Notes: generated by a model not told the origin, from the sequence alone. A stretch of DNA of 64,000 bases from Ferrovibrio sp. (GCF_019636075.1 NZ_JAHBYG010000019.1:2494-66493), one strand, 5' to 3'; counted from the stretch's first letter, positions 39,684 to 50,328 are shown. Numbers and translations are program-made.

Positions 39684-40342
39684 AATATGACGCGCAGGCT
39701 TTTCCGCTGCCGCCCGGCTTTCATGGCCGGCTGCGGATCGGCCTGCTGGGCGGTTCGTTCAATCCAGCCCATGCGGCACATCGTGAAATCAGCCTGATCG
39801 CATTGCATCGCTTAAAGCTGGATGCCGTATGGTGGCTGGTCAGCCCGCAGAATCCGCTCAAGAGCGTTACGGGCATGGCGGCGTTATCGGCGCGCCTGCA
39901 AAGCGCCCGCGACATCTCCGCGCATCCGCGCATCATGCCTTGCACGTTTGAATCCGCCATCGGTACGCGCTATAGCGCCGACACCGCGCGCGCCTTGCGC
40001 AAGCTGTATCCGCGCATGCGGTTCGTCTGGCTGCTCGGCGCAGACAATCTGGCGCAGTTGCGCTATTGGAAGGATTGGCGCGGTTTCGCGGCCGCCATGC
40101 CGCTCTGCGTGCTCGACCGCCCGGGCTATACCGGCAAAGCCGCCGCAAGCCTTGCTGCCCATGCCTTGCAGCCGCATCGCCTGGCGATGAGCGACGCCGC
40201 CGCCCTGCCGGATCGCGCAGCACCAGCCTTGCTGCGCCTGCAATCCAAGCTCAACCCGCTGAGTGCCACGCTGATCCGGGCAGCTCAGCCAGCCAAGGCT
40301 TCGATTGCCGCCTTCGGGCGCCGTTCTATTACACGCAAATAA
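39680..40342 (+). CDS. nadD: Nicotinate-nucleotide adenylyltransferase
   Basis: [32 protein letters not shown]. Confidence 0.92.
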   Translation: MKYDAQAFPLPPGFHGRLRIGLLGGSFNPAHAAHREISLIALHRLKLDAVWWLVSPQNPLKSVTGMAALSARLQSARDISAHPRIMPCTFESAIGTRYSADTARALRKLYPRMRFVWLLGADNLAQLRYWKDWRGFAAAMPLCVLDRPGYTGKAAASLAAHALQPHRLAMSDAAALPDRAAPALLRLQSKLNPLSATLIRAAQPAKASIAAFGRRSITRK

Positions 40343-40572
40343 GCCGCCGTCGGCGCATCGGGCAATCGGCGGCCTTGCTCCCAGTTCTTCAGTGTCGCCA
40401 AAGGAATGCGAAAGGTTGTCGCGAAAGCCTGTTGCGACATTTTCAGCCGCCGCCGTATCGCCTTCACATCCGGCACTTCCACTTCATGCTCAACAACCTT
40501 GGCATTCTTGCCTTCCGCATGGCGGATGGCTTGTTTCAAAGCCGAGATCACCTCGCGCCCAACCTTGCTCAT
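40285..40572 (-). CDS. XRE-HTH antitoxin (HigA-like)
   Basis: DVKAIRRRLKMSQQAFA..TLKNWEQGRRLP. Confidence 0.88.
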   Translation of the reverse strand: MSKVGREVISALKQAIRHAEGKNAKVVEHEVEVPDVKAIRRRLKMSQQAFATTFRIPLATLKNWEQGRRLPDAPTAAYLRVIERRPKAAIEALAG

Positions 40573-40928
40573 GGCTTGCTCCGCTTCTTACGTATGTGTT
40601 GTTTCAACACAGTCACCAAAGCACTCATCGCCTTCCGCTCATCGGGAGTCATGTCTGCCTTCTCCGATTTGCCATAAACGGTGAGCAGATAAATCGGCGC
40701 AGCACTATCATAATAGTAATAGATCACCCGGGCACCGCCACGCTTGCCCTTGCCATCAACGCCCCAGCGCAGCTTGCGCAATCCGCCAGTGCCAGGGATT
40801 TCATCGCCGCTCATCGGATTGCGGGCAATGAAATCGATAAAGGCCAATTTGGCCGTTTCACTCCATAGCTTTTGTGCACGCGCTGTGAAAGGCGGCAGCT
40901 CAGCGACGGTTACAGGCCGGTTTGGCAT
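40569..40928 (-). CDS. RelE/HigB-family toxin
   Basis: IPGTGGLRKLRW..GKGKRGGARVIYYY..LLTVYGKSEKAD. Confidence 0.92.
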   Translation of the reverse strand: MPNRPVTVAELPPFTARAQKLWSETAKLAFIDFIARNPMSGDEIPGTGGLRKLRWGVDGKGKRGGARVIYYYYDSAAPIYLLTVYGKSEKADMTPDERKAMSALVTVLKQHIRKKRSKP

Positions 40929-40981
40929 GGCCCATATTAGGCGTCAATGGCGCCCATGGCAAGTTTGATTCTTTGCAGCAT

Positions 40982-42229
40982 TCACCCGCGCAGGAACAGC
41001 TTGTTGATGCCGGTGAGCAGCTTATGTACCGGCAAATACAGGGGCAGGAAATCATCCCAGCCGATCTGCATCTCGGCTGCGATCTGGCCCAGGCTGCGCC
41101 GGCCATCCATGCGGGCGACGATTTCGGGCGCGCCCACGCCGTTCACACGGGGCGGGGTTTTGAACACCAGCCGTTCAGCAGGAAAATTGATCGCCAATTC
41201 GCCGCGCTTATCCAGCGTGGTTGCCAAGGCGGCCGGCGGCAATTCATGCAGATACGGGATCAGGTCGGGTGCGGGCCGGGCCACGGCCTCGCTCAGCCGC
41301 GCCTTCGGCACGGCATAGAAGGCATGCACCTTCAACGTCGATGAAATCCGCTCGGCCAGGGCGGCGCGCTCCAACGGCGAAAGCTGTGCGGCGCGAGCAC
41401 GCAGTTCTTCATCCTTGATATAGCTGTCGGGATCGTAGCGGCAGGGCTCGATCCAGGCGCTGGCGGCAAGGCCGGCGCGTTCCAGCAGAAAGCCGATCTG
41501 CATCACGCTATAGGCGCGATCACGGGCATGCAGCAGCAGATCGAACAGCCCGGCATCGGATGCCTTGTGGTCGCCCACCACGGGATTGCGCAGCAAGGCA
41601 TTGCTAGCCGGCAGATCCGCCAGCAGCTTTTTCGCCAGCATTACCTGTTCGGGGATCGGAATGTCGTGCGGGATCAATTGCCGCAAGGCGGCCTGCATGG
41701 GATAGACGCCGACGCGGCCATGGATGCCATACAGCATCAGGCCCAAACCGCCGCCTTCCGCCAGTTGCGCGCTGAGCGCCTGCAAACCGGCGGCGGGATC
41801 ATCCAGATGATGCAGCACGCCGCAGGCCTCGATGTAATCGTAAGGCCCCAGCGCCAGCGTTGCGATATCCAGCAGCGAGCCGGTGAGGAAACGGATATTC
41901 GTCAGGCCGCGCGCCTTGGCGCGGCTTTCCGCTATCCCGCGCGCCGCCGCCGAAAGATCGAGATACACCACCTCATGCGCGCCGGGTGTCTGCGCCAGCA
42001 ACGCGGCCAACTGGATCGTGCCATCGCCGGTGCCGCCGCCGGCCACCAGGGCGCGGAAAGGTTTGGAAAAATCCCGCCGTCCGCCGAAAACGTAATGATT
42101 GAGTTCGGGCAGGAAACTCGGGCTGCCGGTGATCAGGCGCTTGGCTTCATCCGCCGGATCGCGCGGCGGATAGGGCAATGCCTCGTATTGCCCAATGACC
42201 TGCGCCGTGACCTGCGCATCGCTGCTCAA
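40982..42229 (-). CDS. Class I SAM-dependent methyltransferase
   Basis: QYEALPYP, LVAGGGTG, YIEACGVLHHL, GLGLMLYG..GR; TTG start. Confidence 0.85.
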   Translation of the reverse strand: MSSDAQVTAQVIGQYEALPYPPRDPADEAKRLITGSPSFLPELNHYVFGGRRDFSKPFRALVAGGGTGDGTIQLAALLAQTPGAHEVVYLDLSAAARGIAESRAKARGLTNIRFLTGSLLDIATLALGPYDYIEACGVLHHLDDPAAGLQALSAQLAEGGGLGLMLYGIHGRVGVYPMQAALRQLIPHDIPIPEQVMLAKKLLADLPASNALLRNPVVGDHKASDAGLFDLLLHARDRAYSVMQIGFLLERAGLAASAWIEPCRYDPDSYIKDEELRARAAQLSPLERAALAERISSTLKVHAFYAVPKARLSEAVARPAPDLIPYLHELPPAALATTLDKRGELAINFPAERLVFKTPPRVNGVGAPEIVARMDGRRSLGQIAAEMQIGWDDFLPLYLPVHKLLTGINKLFLRG

Positions 42230-43219
42230 TCAGGCCACCTGAATGACCACCTTGCCAGTGGTCTTGCGGCTGAGCAAAGCCTGCATGGCCTGCGGCACCT
42301 GAGCCAGCGGGAACATGGCCGACACATGCGGCTTCAGCTTGCCCTGCTCGAACAGGCTGAACAATGCAGCGAAATTGGCGCGGTTCTTCTGCGGTTCGCG
42401 CGCGGCGAAAGCGCCCCAGAACACACCCACGATGGAGCAGCCCTTGATCAGCGCCATATTGGCCGGCGCTTCGGGAATGCGGCCAGAGGCGAAACCGACC
42501 ACCAGCAGGCGGCCATCCCAATTGATGCAGCGCAAGGATTGATCGAAGGCATCGCCGCCCACCGGATCGTAAATCACATCGGCGCCATTGCCGCCGGTGA
42601 GTTCCTTCACCCGGTCCTTGATGCTTTCGGTGCTGTAATTGATCACATGCTTGGCGCCGTATTGCTTCACGATGGCGGCCTTGTCGTCGGACCCCACGGT
42701 GCCGATCACGGTGGCGCCCATCGCCACGCCGAGTTCCACGGCATTAAGGCCCACGCCGCCGGCGGCGCCATGCACCAGCAGCACTTCGCCGGGCTTCAGC
42801 CGGCCACGATCCTGCAAGGCATGGATCGTGGTGCCATAGGTGATCGGAAAGCCGGCCGCGATCTCGAAGCTCATGCTGTCGGGAATCTTGAACACATTGG
42901 CCGCATTGGTCACCACCGCCTGGGCGAAGGCGCCATTCACCAGCGTGGCCAGCACGCGGTCGCCGGGCTTGAAGTCGCGCACCTTCGCACCCACGGCTTC
43001 CACTACGCCGCCGCATTCCATGCCGGGCGCGAAGGGGAAGGCCGGCTTCACCTGATATTTGCCGGCGATGATCAATGTATCGGGAAAATTCAGCCCGGCG
43101 GCATGCACGCGGATACGCACATCGCGCTCGCCCAGCGCCGGCAGGGCCAGATCTTCCAGCACCAGGCTGTCCGGTCCGCCCCAGGCCTTGGCCACCATCG
43201 CCTTCACACTGTCGGTCAT
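42230..43219 (-). CDS. NADPH:quinone oxidoreductase (zeta-crystallin/MDR family)
   Basis: AAGLNFPD, GKYQ..PFAPGME, HGAAGGVG, YDPVGG, GKVVI. Confidence 0.93.
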   Translation of the reverse strand: MTDSVKAMVAKAWGGPDSLVLEDLALPALGERDVRIRVHAAGLNFPDTLIIAGKYQVKPAFPFAPGMECGGVVEAVGAKVRDFKPGDRVLATLVNGAFAQAVVTNAANVFKIPDSMSFEIAAGFPITYGTTIHALQDRGRLKPGEVLLVHGAAGGVGLNAVELGVAMGATVIGTVGSDDKAAIVKQYGAKHVINYSTESIKDRVKELTGGNGADVIYDPVGGDAFDQSLRCINWDGRLLVVGFASGRIPEAPANMALIKGCSIVGVFWGAFAAREPQKNRANFAALFSLFEQGKLKPHVSAMFPLAQVPQAMQALLSRKTTGKVVIQVA

Positions 43220-43353
43220 CCGCTGTCTCCCTGTTTCTTAAAAACATGGCCGGCGCGCTATAAACCGGGCCGGCCATGTCGTTGTTTGTTTATGCTGGCG
43301 AGATCACCGCCCGCCGAAAACGTATTTCGGCGAGATGACCAGCCCGCCGAAAT

Positions 43354-43896
43354 TTATTTCGGCGAGATAACCATCGTCATCTGGCGGCCTTCCATCTTCG
43401 GCGTCTGCTCCACCTTGGCCTTTTCCACCAGATCGTCGCGCACGCGGTCCAGCACCTTCATGCCGAGTTCCTGGTGCGCCATCTCGCGGCCACGGAAGCG
43501 CAGGGTAACCTTCACCTTGTCGCCTTCTTCGAGGAAGCGCAGCATCGCCTTCATCTTCACGTCATAATCATGCGTGTCGATGCCGGGGCGCATCTTGATC
43601 TCCTTGATCTCGATGACCTTCTGCTTCTTGCGCGCTTCGGCGGCCTTCTTCTGGGCTTCGTATTTATACTTGCCGTAATCGAGGATTTTGGCGACCGGGG
43701 GATCCGCGTTGGGCGATATCTCGCACAGATCGAGGCCGGCTTCTTCGGCCAGGCGCAGGGCTTCGCGGATGGAAACAACGCCACGGTTCTCGCCGGCGGC
43801 GTCGATCAGACGGACATTGGGAACGTCGATCTCGAAATTCACCCGGGGGCCGTCGGTCTTGGGCGGCGGTGCGGGCTGGAAAGGTGGGCGGGCTAT
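43354..43896 (-). CDS. infC: Translation initiation factor IF-3 (ATA start)
   Basis: [35 protein letters not shown]; AGGAG RBS 6 nt before ATA. Confidence 0.96.
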   Translation of the reverse strand: MARPPFQPAPPPKTDGPRVNFEIDVPNVRLIDAAGENRGVVSIREALRLAEEAGLDLCEISPNADPPVAKILDYGKYKYEAQKKAAEARKKQKVIEIKEIKMRPGIDTHDYDVKMKAMLRFLEEGDKVKVTLRFRGREMAHQELGMKVLDRVRDDLVEKAKVEQTPKMEGRQMTMVISPK

Positions 43897-43960
43897 GGCG
43901 GACTCCTGTCGATGTTGACGATATAAGTCGATGTTGACGATATAAAATGCAATGGCGAGG

Positions 43961-45952
43961 TCAGGCCCGGCTGGGCATTTTTGCCTCAGCGGCCAATCTA
44001 GCGAGTGCATCGGCCAGCGCAAGCGTCTCCTGGGCTTCCACACCCAGGCGGCGCAAAGTGATGCTACCTTGTTCAGCCTCTTTTTTGCCCACGATGGCCA
44101 GAACCGGCACCTTGGCCAGGCTGTGTTCGCGGATCTTGTAGTTGATCTTTTCGTTGCGCAGATCGGTGGTCACGCGCAGGCCGGCGGCTTCCAGCTGGTC
44201 GGCCACCGATTGGGCATAGCCATCGGCATCCGACACGATGGGCGCCACCACCACCTGCAACGGCGCCAGCCAGAGCGGCAGCTTGCCGGCATAATGTTCC
44301 AGCAGGATGCCGATAAAGCGCTCGAAACTGCCCAGGATGGCGCGGTGCAGCATCACAGGGCGGTGGCGGGCGCCATCGGCTCCCACATATTCCGCGCCCA
44401 GCCGCTCGGGCAGCACGAAATCCACCTGCAGGGTGCCGCATTGCCAATCGCGGCCGATCGTGTCGCGCAGCACGAATTCCAGTTTCGGGCCGTAGAAGGC
44501 GCCTTCGCCGGGATTGAGGGTGTATTCCAGGCCCACGGCATCGCAGGCTTCCTTCAACGCGCCTTCCGCCTTGTCCCAGATCTCGTCAGACCCGGCGCGG
44601 GTGGCCGGGCGGTCGGAGAATTTCACCCGCACATCGGTGAAACCCAGATCCTTGTAGATGCTTTGCAGCAGCGAGCAGAAGGCCTGGCTTTCCGAAATGA
44701 TCTGATCTTCGGTGCAGAAGATATGCGCATCGTCCTGGGTGAAATTGCGCACCCGCATGATGCCATGCAGCGCGCCGCCCGGCTCGAAGCGGTGGCAGGA
44801 GCCGAATTCCGCCATACGCAGCGGCAGGTCGCGGTAGCTCTTGAGGCCCTGGTTGAAAATCTGCACATGGCAGGGGCAGTTCATCGGCTTCAGCGCGAAG
44901 ATGCGTTCGCTGTCATCGGCGGCGTAATCGCGGATGCCCTCTTCGTTTTCCGCGATATACATGTTCTGGCGGAATTTCTCCCAATGGCCAGACGCCTCCC
45001 ACAGCTTGCGGTCCACCAATTGCGGGGTTTTCACTTCCACATAGCGCGCAGCTTCCAGGCGCTCGCGCATGAAGCGTTCGAGGCTGCGATACAGCGTCCA
45101 GCCCAGCGGATGCCAGAACACCATGCCGGCGGCTTCTTCCTGCTGATGGAACAGGCCCATCTCGCGGCCCAGCCGACGGTGATCGCGCTTTTCGGCTTCT
45201 TCCAGCCGCTGCAGATGCGCCGCCAGTTCCTTCGGGTCGCGCCAGGCGGTGGCGTAAACGCGCTGCAATTGGCGGTTCTTGGCATCGCCGCGCCAATAGG
45301 CGCCCGATACTTTCATGATCTTGAAGGCCACCGGCAGCTTGCCGGTGGACGGCATATGCGGACCCATGCAGAGATCCAGCCAGCCATCGCCCTGGCGATA
45401 GACCGAAATCGCCTCGCCGCGCTTGGCGATTTCCGCCACCCATTCGGCCTTGTAGGTCTCGCCGATGGATTTGAAGTAATCCACCGCCTTGTCGGCCGGC
45501 CATTCCTCGCGCTTGATCGGCAGGTCGCGCTTCACGATCTCGGCCATGCGCTGTTCGATGGCGGCGAAATCTTCCGGCGTGAACGGCTGGTCGCGCACGA
45601 AATCGTAATAGAAGCCGTCGTCGGTGGCGGGGCCGAAGGTGATCTGCGTGCCGGGGAACAGCTCCTGCACCGCCTGCGCCATCACATGGGCGCCATCATG
45701 GCGGATCAGCTCCAGCAGCTCGGCTTCGTTCTTGTCCTTCAGCGTGACGATCTCGAACCGCGCATCGCCGGTCAGCTTGGTCGAGAGATCGCGCAGCTTG
45801 CCATCCAGCCGGATCGCCAGCGCGGCCTTGGCCAGGCCGGGGCCGATCGCGGCCGCCACATCGGCGCCGGTGCTGCCAGCCGGGCAAGTGCGCTGGCTGC
45901 CATCGGGCAGCGTCAGGCGAATCTCGGCGGGGGCGGCGGCAGACATCGGCAT
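43961..45952 (-). CDS. thrS: Threonine--tRNA ligase
   Basis: TGS domain, [36 protein letters not shown]. Confidence 0.99.
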   Translation of the reverse strand: MPMSAAAPAEIRLTLPDGSQRTCPAGSTGADVAAAIGPGLAKAALAIRLDGKLRDLSTKLTGDARFEIVTLKDKNEAELLELIRHDGAHVMAQAVQELFPGTQITFGPATDDGFYYDFVRDQPFTPEDFAAIEQRMAEIVKRDLPIKREEWPADKAVDYFKSIGETYKAEWVAEIAKRGEAISVYRQGDGWLDLCMGPHMPSTGKLPVAFKIMKVSGAYWRGDAKNRQLQRVYATAWRDPKELAAHLQRLEEAEKRDHRRLGREMGLFHQQEEAAGMVFWHPLGWTLYRSLERFMRERLEAARYVEVKTPQLVDRKLWEASGHWEKFRQNMYIAENEEGIRDYAADDSERIFALKPMNCPCHVQIFNQGLKSYRDLPLRMAEFGSCHRFEPGGALHGIMRVRNFTQDDAHIFCTEDQIISESQAFCSLLQSIYKDLGFTDVRVKFSDRPATRAGSDEIWDKAEGALKEACDAVGLEYTLNPGEGAFYGPKLEFVLRDTIGRDWQCGTLQVDFVLPERLGAEYVGADGARHRPVMLHRAILGSFERFIGILLEHYAGKLPLWLAPLQVVVAPIVSDADGYAQSVADQLEAAGLRVTTDLRNEKINYKIREHSLAKVPVLAIVGKKEAEQGSITLRRLGVEAQETLALADALARLAAEAKMPSRA

Positions 45953-46057
45953 AACCTTTTGGATTTCAAATCGGATAGGGGACAGGCGGCGGCAAACAGG
46001 GGGCAGAGACTAGCCCTAGACCGGCCCCTGTCAAGGCAGCGGGCGGGGAAACGGCGG

Positions 46058-46231
46058 CTATTGCCGATCAGAAAGACCGCTCCGGCCAATGACGGGCGCT
46101 TCCGGTTGTAGCAGCGCCGCACAGGGAGACCCGTCCCGCAATATCAGCACCACGTCGCCGCTGCGCGATACATACTCCACCCATTCCTCGGCGTCTTCGG
46201 CAAAGCTTTCACGATCTATACGCAGCATCAT
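46058..46231 (-). CDS. Unannotated 57-aa Phd/YefM-like protein
   Basis: MMLRIDRESFAEDAEEWVEYVSRSGDVVLILRDGSPCAALLQP..; starts 3 nt after the NYN stop. Confidence 0.6.
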   Translation of the reverse strand: MMLRIDRESFAEDAEEWVEYVSRSGDVVLILRDGSPCAALLQPEAPVIGRSGLSDRQ

Positions 46232-46234
46232 GGC

Positions 46235-46861
46235 CTACCAGCCTTGCGGCTTTTCTATCAATTTGCCTTGGACTCCCTGCAAACGGGCCGGAAATTGCGC
46301 TGCCGCCAGGTCGGCTTGAGAGATATGGCGCACAAAACCCGCCGCTGCAGCCATATCACGATTGGCCTGCCTGCCATCCAGCCAGATCAGGCCAACAGGC
46401 TTCGTCAGTTCCTTGCACACCAGGCGGATCGGCTCGATCAGGTCAGTATCCTGCGACAAGACCAGAGCCACATCGAAACGCCCGCGCCAAGCATCATGCA
46501 GCAGGTGAACCGCCAAATTCACGTCCGACCCTTTTTCCTCGGTATCAAGGATTTCCACGAAGCTCCTTGGATCAGCCGCCAGGGGGCGTTTCTTGGTCTT
46601 GGTCAGAAACCGGCCGAGATGAATATCCAGGTTGGGCAGGGTACGCAGGGCGCTGAAATAAACCTGCTGATTGCGCGGCGCATCCTGATCGCCGGCCCGC
46701 GAACTCACCCGGGCGGAAAAATACCGCAATCCCTCAACGGTATCTTCCGGGCGCAAAAGCCGCTGCGCCAAATGCAACGGGTTGAGCCAACGATACGGCG
46801 TACCCTTCAAGGCACGGTAGTAAAGATTGAAGCCATCGATATAGACGCAAACCCTGCCCAT
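46235..46861 (-). CDS. NYN (LabA/DUF88, PIN-like) domain RNase
   Basis: YIDGFNLYY, EEKGSDVNLA, LSQDTDL acidic residues intact. Confidence 0.92.
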   Translation of the reverse strand: MGRVCVYIDGFNLYYRALKGTPYRWLNPLHLAQRLLRPEDTVEGLRYFSARVSSRAGDQDAPRNQQVYFSALRTLPNLDIHLGRFLTKTKKRPLAADPRSFVEILDTEEKGSDVNLAVHLLHDAWRGRFDVALVLSQDTDLIEPIRLVCKELTKPVGLIWLDGRQANRDMAAAAGFVRHISQADLAAAQFPARLQGVQGKLIEKPQGW

Positions 46862-46869
46862 GGTGGGCC

Positions 46870-46947
46870 TAAAAACGACAAAGGCCACGAATGCCGAAAC
46901 ATTCGCAGCCTTTGAGCCGGCAGCACGCTGCCAGCGGGTATGTCGTC
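46870..46947 (-). ncRNA. Structured leader upstream of the NYN gene
   Basis: ACGAC/GTCGT basal pairing, GGCAG-CGTG-CTGCC hairpin, a 15-bp stem with UUCG loop (46879-46914), then TCGTTTTT. Confidence 0.5.
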
Positions 46948-47123
46948 ATATTATAGGGTTCGCTTGATTTGTCAATTATTTGGCTTGACTCTTGCCCCAT
47001 TTGGAGTCCTCTGGGCGATTCTTATGAGTAAATATTTGTATTTATTATCGTTCTTTCCGAATCAAATATCAATAAAAATACGCTTTAAATTGGTGCGAGT
47101 GTATTGTTCTTCACTTAAAGCGG

Positions 47124-48077
47124 TTACAAATCCCGCAGCAGGGCCAGGCCCGAGAGCACTTCCTCCACGCTCACATCGGCCAGATGGGAGGAGCGGATCA
47201 CCCGCACCTGCTCGCCGCGCGGGGCGCACAGCACGGGGTCGGAGGCGGCCGAGAACAGCACCAGGCAGGGCGCACCGGCCACCGCGAACAGATGCATCGG
47301 CCCGGTATCGTTGCCCACCGCCACCCGGGCATGGCGGGCCAGCGCGGCCAGGTCGAAAAACCCGGTGCGGCCGCCCAGATTCATCGCCTTGGGGGCCTGG
47401 GCCTGGATGCTGGCGAGCAATTCGGTTTCGGCATTGGCGCCGATCAGCACCGGCTGGATGCCATCGGCGGCCAGGGCGCGGGCCAGGGTGGCATAGCGGT
47501 CCGCCGGCCAGCGCTTTTCCGGCCGATGCGCCGAGCCGCCCGGCACCAGCAGGGCGAAGCGCGGTTCCAGCTTGAAACGGCCGATATCGGCATCCGCCCA
47601 GCTCAGGTCGGGCGGCGGCACCCGGCTGATTCCGGCCATGCGCAGTTGCTCGGCCTGGCGATCCAGCGTGTGCATGAAATTGCGCCGCACATTGCCATGG
47701 GGGTGCGAGATTTTCCCGCCCAGCCCCGAGGCGATACCCGACCATTCCGGCTTCGGCGCCGGCAGCAGATGGAAATAGCGGCTGGACCGGCCGGAGGTCT
47801 GCAAATCGTAAACCCGGGTGAACCGCCCGGATTTCAGCTTGGCGCGCAGGGCCAGCCAGGAAGAGGGATTCCATTTCGGCCGGCTGTCGATCCACACATC
47901 GTCCACATAGCCGGATCTGCGGCCCAGCTCGGCATAGGGTGCGGTGGTGAGCAGGGTGATATGGGCACGCGGATGCGCCTCGCGGATCGCCTGCATCGGG
48001 CCCAAAGCCTGCACGAAATCGCCCAAAGCCCCATGCTTGATCACCAGCAGGCGTTCAGGCTCGCCATGCGCCGGCAT
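47124..48077 (-). CDS. GT9 LPS heptosyltransferase-like glycosyltransferase
   Basis: LVIKHGALGDF, VYDLQ, PGGS..KRWP, GNDTGPMH. Confidence 0.92.
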   Translation of the reverse strand: MPAHGEPERLLVIKHGALGDFVQALGPMQAIREAHPRAHITLLTTAPYAELGRRSGYVDDVWIDSRPKWNPSSWLALRAKLKSGRFTRVYDLQTSGRSSRYFHLLPAPKPEWSGIASGLGGKISHPHGNVRRNFMHTLDRQAEQLRMAGISRVPPPDLSWADADIGRFKLEPRFALLVPGGSAHRPEKRWPADRYATLARALAADGIQPVLIGANAETELLASIQAQAPKAMNLGGRTGFFDLAALARHARVAVGNDTGPMHLFAVAGAPCLVLFSAASDPVLCAPRGEQVRVIRSSHLADVSVEEVLSGLALLRDL

Positions 48078-49327
48078 TATGGCGCCGCTCCCTGGCCAGG
48101 ATTTTCAATCTTGGCGCTGTCCGGGGGAAACAGCAGATCGGTGTATACTTTCAGCGTGGCGTCGGTCATCGCATCCACGGTGAAATGCGCCAGCACATTG
48201 GCCCGCGCCGCCGCGTCCATGGCCGCGCGCCGTTCCGGCGACAGGCCGATCGCCTCGTTCAACGCCTGGGCCAGGGCAGCGGCGTTGTTGGGCGGCACCA
48301 GCCAGCCGGTCTGGCCCGGCAGCACGGTTTCCCGCGCACCGCCATGATCGGTGGCCACCACCGGGCGGCCCATCGCCTGGGCTTCCGCCGCCACCCGGCC
48401 GAAGCCTTCCGGCTCGGTGGAGGCAGACACCACGGTATCGGCCAGCATCATGGCGGCGGCCATGTCGCGGCAATCGCCGGGCAGCCGCAGGCTGCCTTCC
48501 AGGCCCAGATTGGCGGCCAGCTTGTAGAGTTCGTCGCGATAATTTTCGCGGCCCTGGTGGCTGCCCACCACCACGCCGATGAAATCCTTGGCGCCGCGCA
48601 GCCGGGCCAGCTCGGCCAGGGCACGCAGGAAAACCGTATGGCCCTTCCAGCGCGCCAACCGGCCCGGCAGCAGGATCACCGGCAGGCCATCGACCAGGCG
48701 CCAGGCATTCGATAACAGTGTTATGCGCTCCGGACTGACCCGCGCCGGATCGAACTTGGTAAGGTCCACGCCGCGCGGAATCACGGTCAGCCGCGCCCAG
48801 GGCACGCCGAAACGGGCATGAGCATGTTCGGCCACGAATTGCGAAATCGCGATCACCCGGTCGCCGCGCGCCATCTGGCTGGCCCAGAGTTTCTTGAACC
48901 AGCCATCGGCCTTGTAGGCATTATGAAACGTGGTGACGAAGGGCAGGCTGCAGCGCCGGGCGGCGGCGCGGGCCGACCAGGCCGGGGCGCGGCTGCGGAC
49001 ATGCACCAGGTCCACCGGCAATTCCCGGATCAGGGCTTCCAGCCGATCGATATTGCTGCGCATCTTGAAGGGATTCTTGGTGGCCAGCGGCAGGGTGAAA
49101 TGCTGCGCGCCGGCCCGTTCCAGCTCGCGCACCATCGCCCCGCCCTCGGAGGCCACATAGGATTTCCAGCCCGCCTGCACCAGGGCGCGCGCCATATCCA
49201 CCGTGCCGCGCTCCACCCCGCCGGTCGCCAGGGCCGGCAGCACTTGCAGCACGGCGGGCGGCCGGCCGACCTGCGCCGGGATGGGCGCGGCGGCGGATTC
49301 AAAGATATGGGCTTGGCTGTCGGACAT
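48077..49327 (-). CDS. GT4 glycosyltransferase
   Basis: GGVERGT, HVRSRAPAW, PGRLARWKG, EGFGRVAAEAQAMG. Confidence 0.93.
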   Translation of the reverse strand: MSDSQAHIFESAAAPIPAQVGRPPAVLQVLPALATGGVERGTVDMARALVQAGWKSYVASEGGAMVRELERAGAQHFTLPLATKNPFKMRSNIDRLEALIRELPVDLVHVRSRAPAWSARAAARRCSLPFVTTFHNAYKADGWFKKLWASQMARGDRVIAISQFVAEHAHARFGVPWARLTVIPRGVDLTKFDPARVSPERITLLSNAWRLVDGLPVILLPGRLARWKGHTVFLRALAELARLRGAKDFIGVVVGSHQGRENYRDELYKLAANLGLEGSLRLPGDCRDMAAAMMLADTVVSASTEPEGFGRVAAEAQAMGRPVVATDHGGARETVLPGQTGWLVPPNNAAALAQALNEAIGLSPERRAAMDAAARANVLAHFTVDAMTDATLKVYTDLLFPPDSAKIENPGQGAAP

Positions 49328-49430
49328 ATAAGCCGGAGTAACGTTCAAGCGAAAAACAGGGGAAGCCGCCCCCACTATAGCAAACCCCCCATTGTTGCAA
49401 GATACCCAGGCTGTTAAGACTTTCGCCGCC

Positions 49431-50195
49431 ATGACCGAAATAGCGCATCTGCCGCAACCTGCCGGCTATACCATCGCCTATTGCCACACGCCGGCCAACG
49501 GCCCAACGCCGTTGCCCGGCATCGTCTTCTGCGGCGGGTTCCGCTCGGATATGACCGGCACCAAGGCCATCGCGCTGGAACAGGCGGCCCTGGCGACCGG
49601 GCGCGGCTTCACCCGCTTCGATTATTTCGCCCATGGCGCTTCGCCCGGGGATTTCGCCCAAGGCAGCATCGGCCGCTGGCTGGAGGATACGCTCGCCATT
49701 CTCGACCGCGTGACCCAGGGCGCGAACCAGGGCGCGCAGATCCTGGTCGGTTCCAGCATGGGCGGCTGGCTGGCGACGCTTGCGGCGCTCAAACGGCCCG
49801 AGCGCGTGGCCGGCCTGGTGCTGATCGCGCCGGCGCTGGATTTCACCGAAGACCTGCTGCTGGCAACACTCACCCCAGAACAGCGCGCGGCGCTGGAACG
49901 CGATGGCGTGTATCGTGAGCCCTCGCACTATTCCGAGCAGCCTTACGAATTCCACTGGCACTTGATCGCGGAGGGCCGCAAGCATCTGCTGCTGGACAAG
50001 CCTTTGGATCTGCCCTGCCCAGTGCGCATCCTGCAAGGCATGCAGGATCCCGATGTGCCCTGGCAGCATGCGCTGCGCATCGCGGAAAGCATCACGCAGC
50101 CGGATACGCGGCTCACGCTGCTGAAAGACGGCGACCACCGCCTGTCCCGCCCGCAGGATATCGATCTGCTGGTGGAGACGGTGTTGGGGATGTAG
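49431..50195 (+). CDS. Alpha/beta hydrolase
   Basis: GFRSDMTGTK, GSSMGG nucleophile elbow, DGDHRLS. Confidence 0.93.
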   Translation: MTEIAHLPQPAGYTIAYCHTPANGPTPLPGIVFCGGFRSDMTGTKAIALEQAALATGRGFTRFDYFAHGASPGDFAQGSIGRWLEDTLAILDRVTQGANQGAQILVGSSMGGWLATLAALKRPERVAGLVLIAPALDFTEDLLLATLTPEQRAALERDGVYREPSHYSEQPYEFHWHLIAEGRKHLLLDKPLDLPCPVRILQGMQDPDVPWQHALRIAESITQPDTRLTLLKDGDHRLSRPQDIDLLVETVLGM

Positions 50196-50328
50196 CGTTT
50201 TATTTGATGGCGGAAAGCGGTGGCGTTCTTCGCCCATTAAGATATGATTAAATGGATTAATGGTAGTTTGCGTGTATTGTGCTGCGCAACTAACTATAGC
50301 GTGGCTAAATCAAAGAAAGGAGGCGAAC

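Noticed and set aside
50237-50251. CtrA box TTAA-N7-TTAA upstream of IetA
   Set aside because: Lies in AT-rich acquired DNA where a chance match is likely
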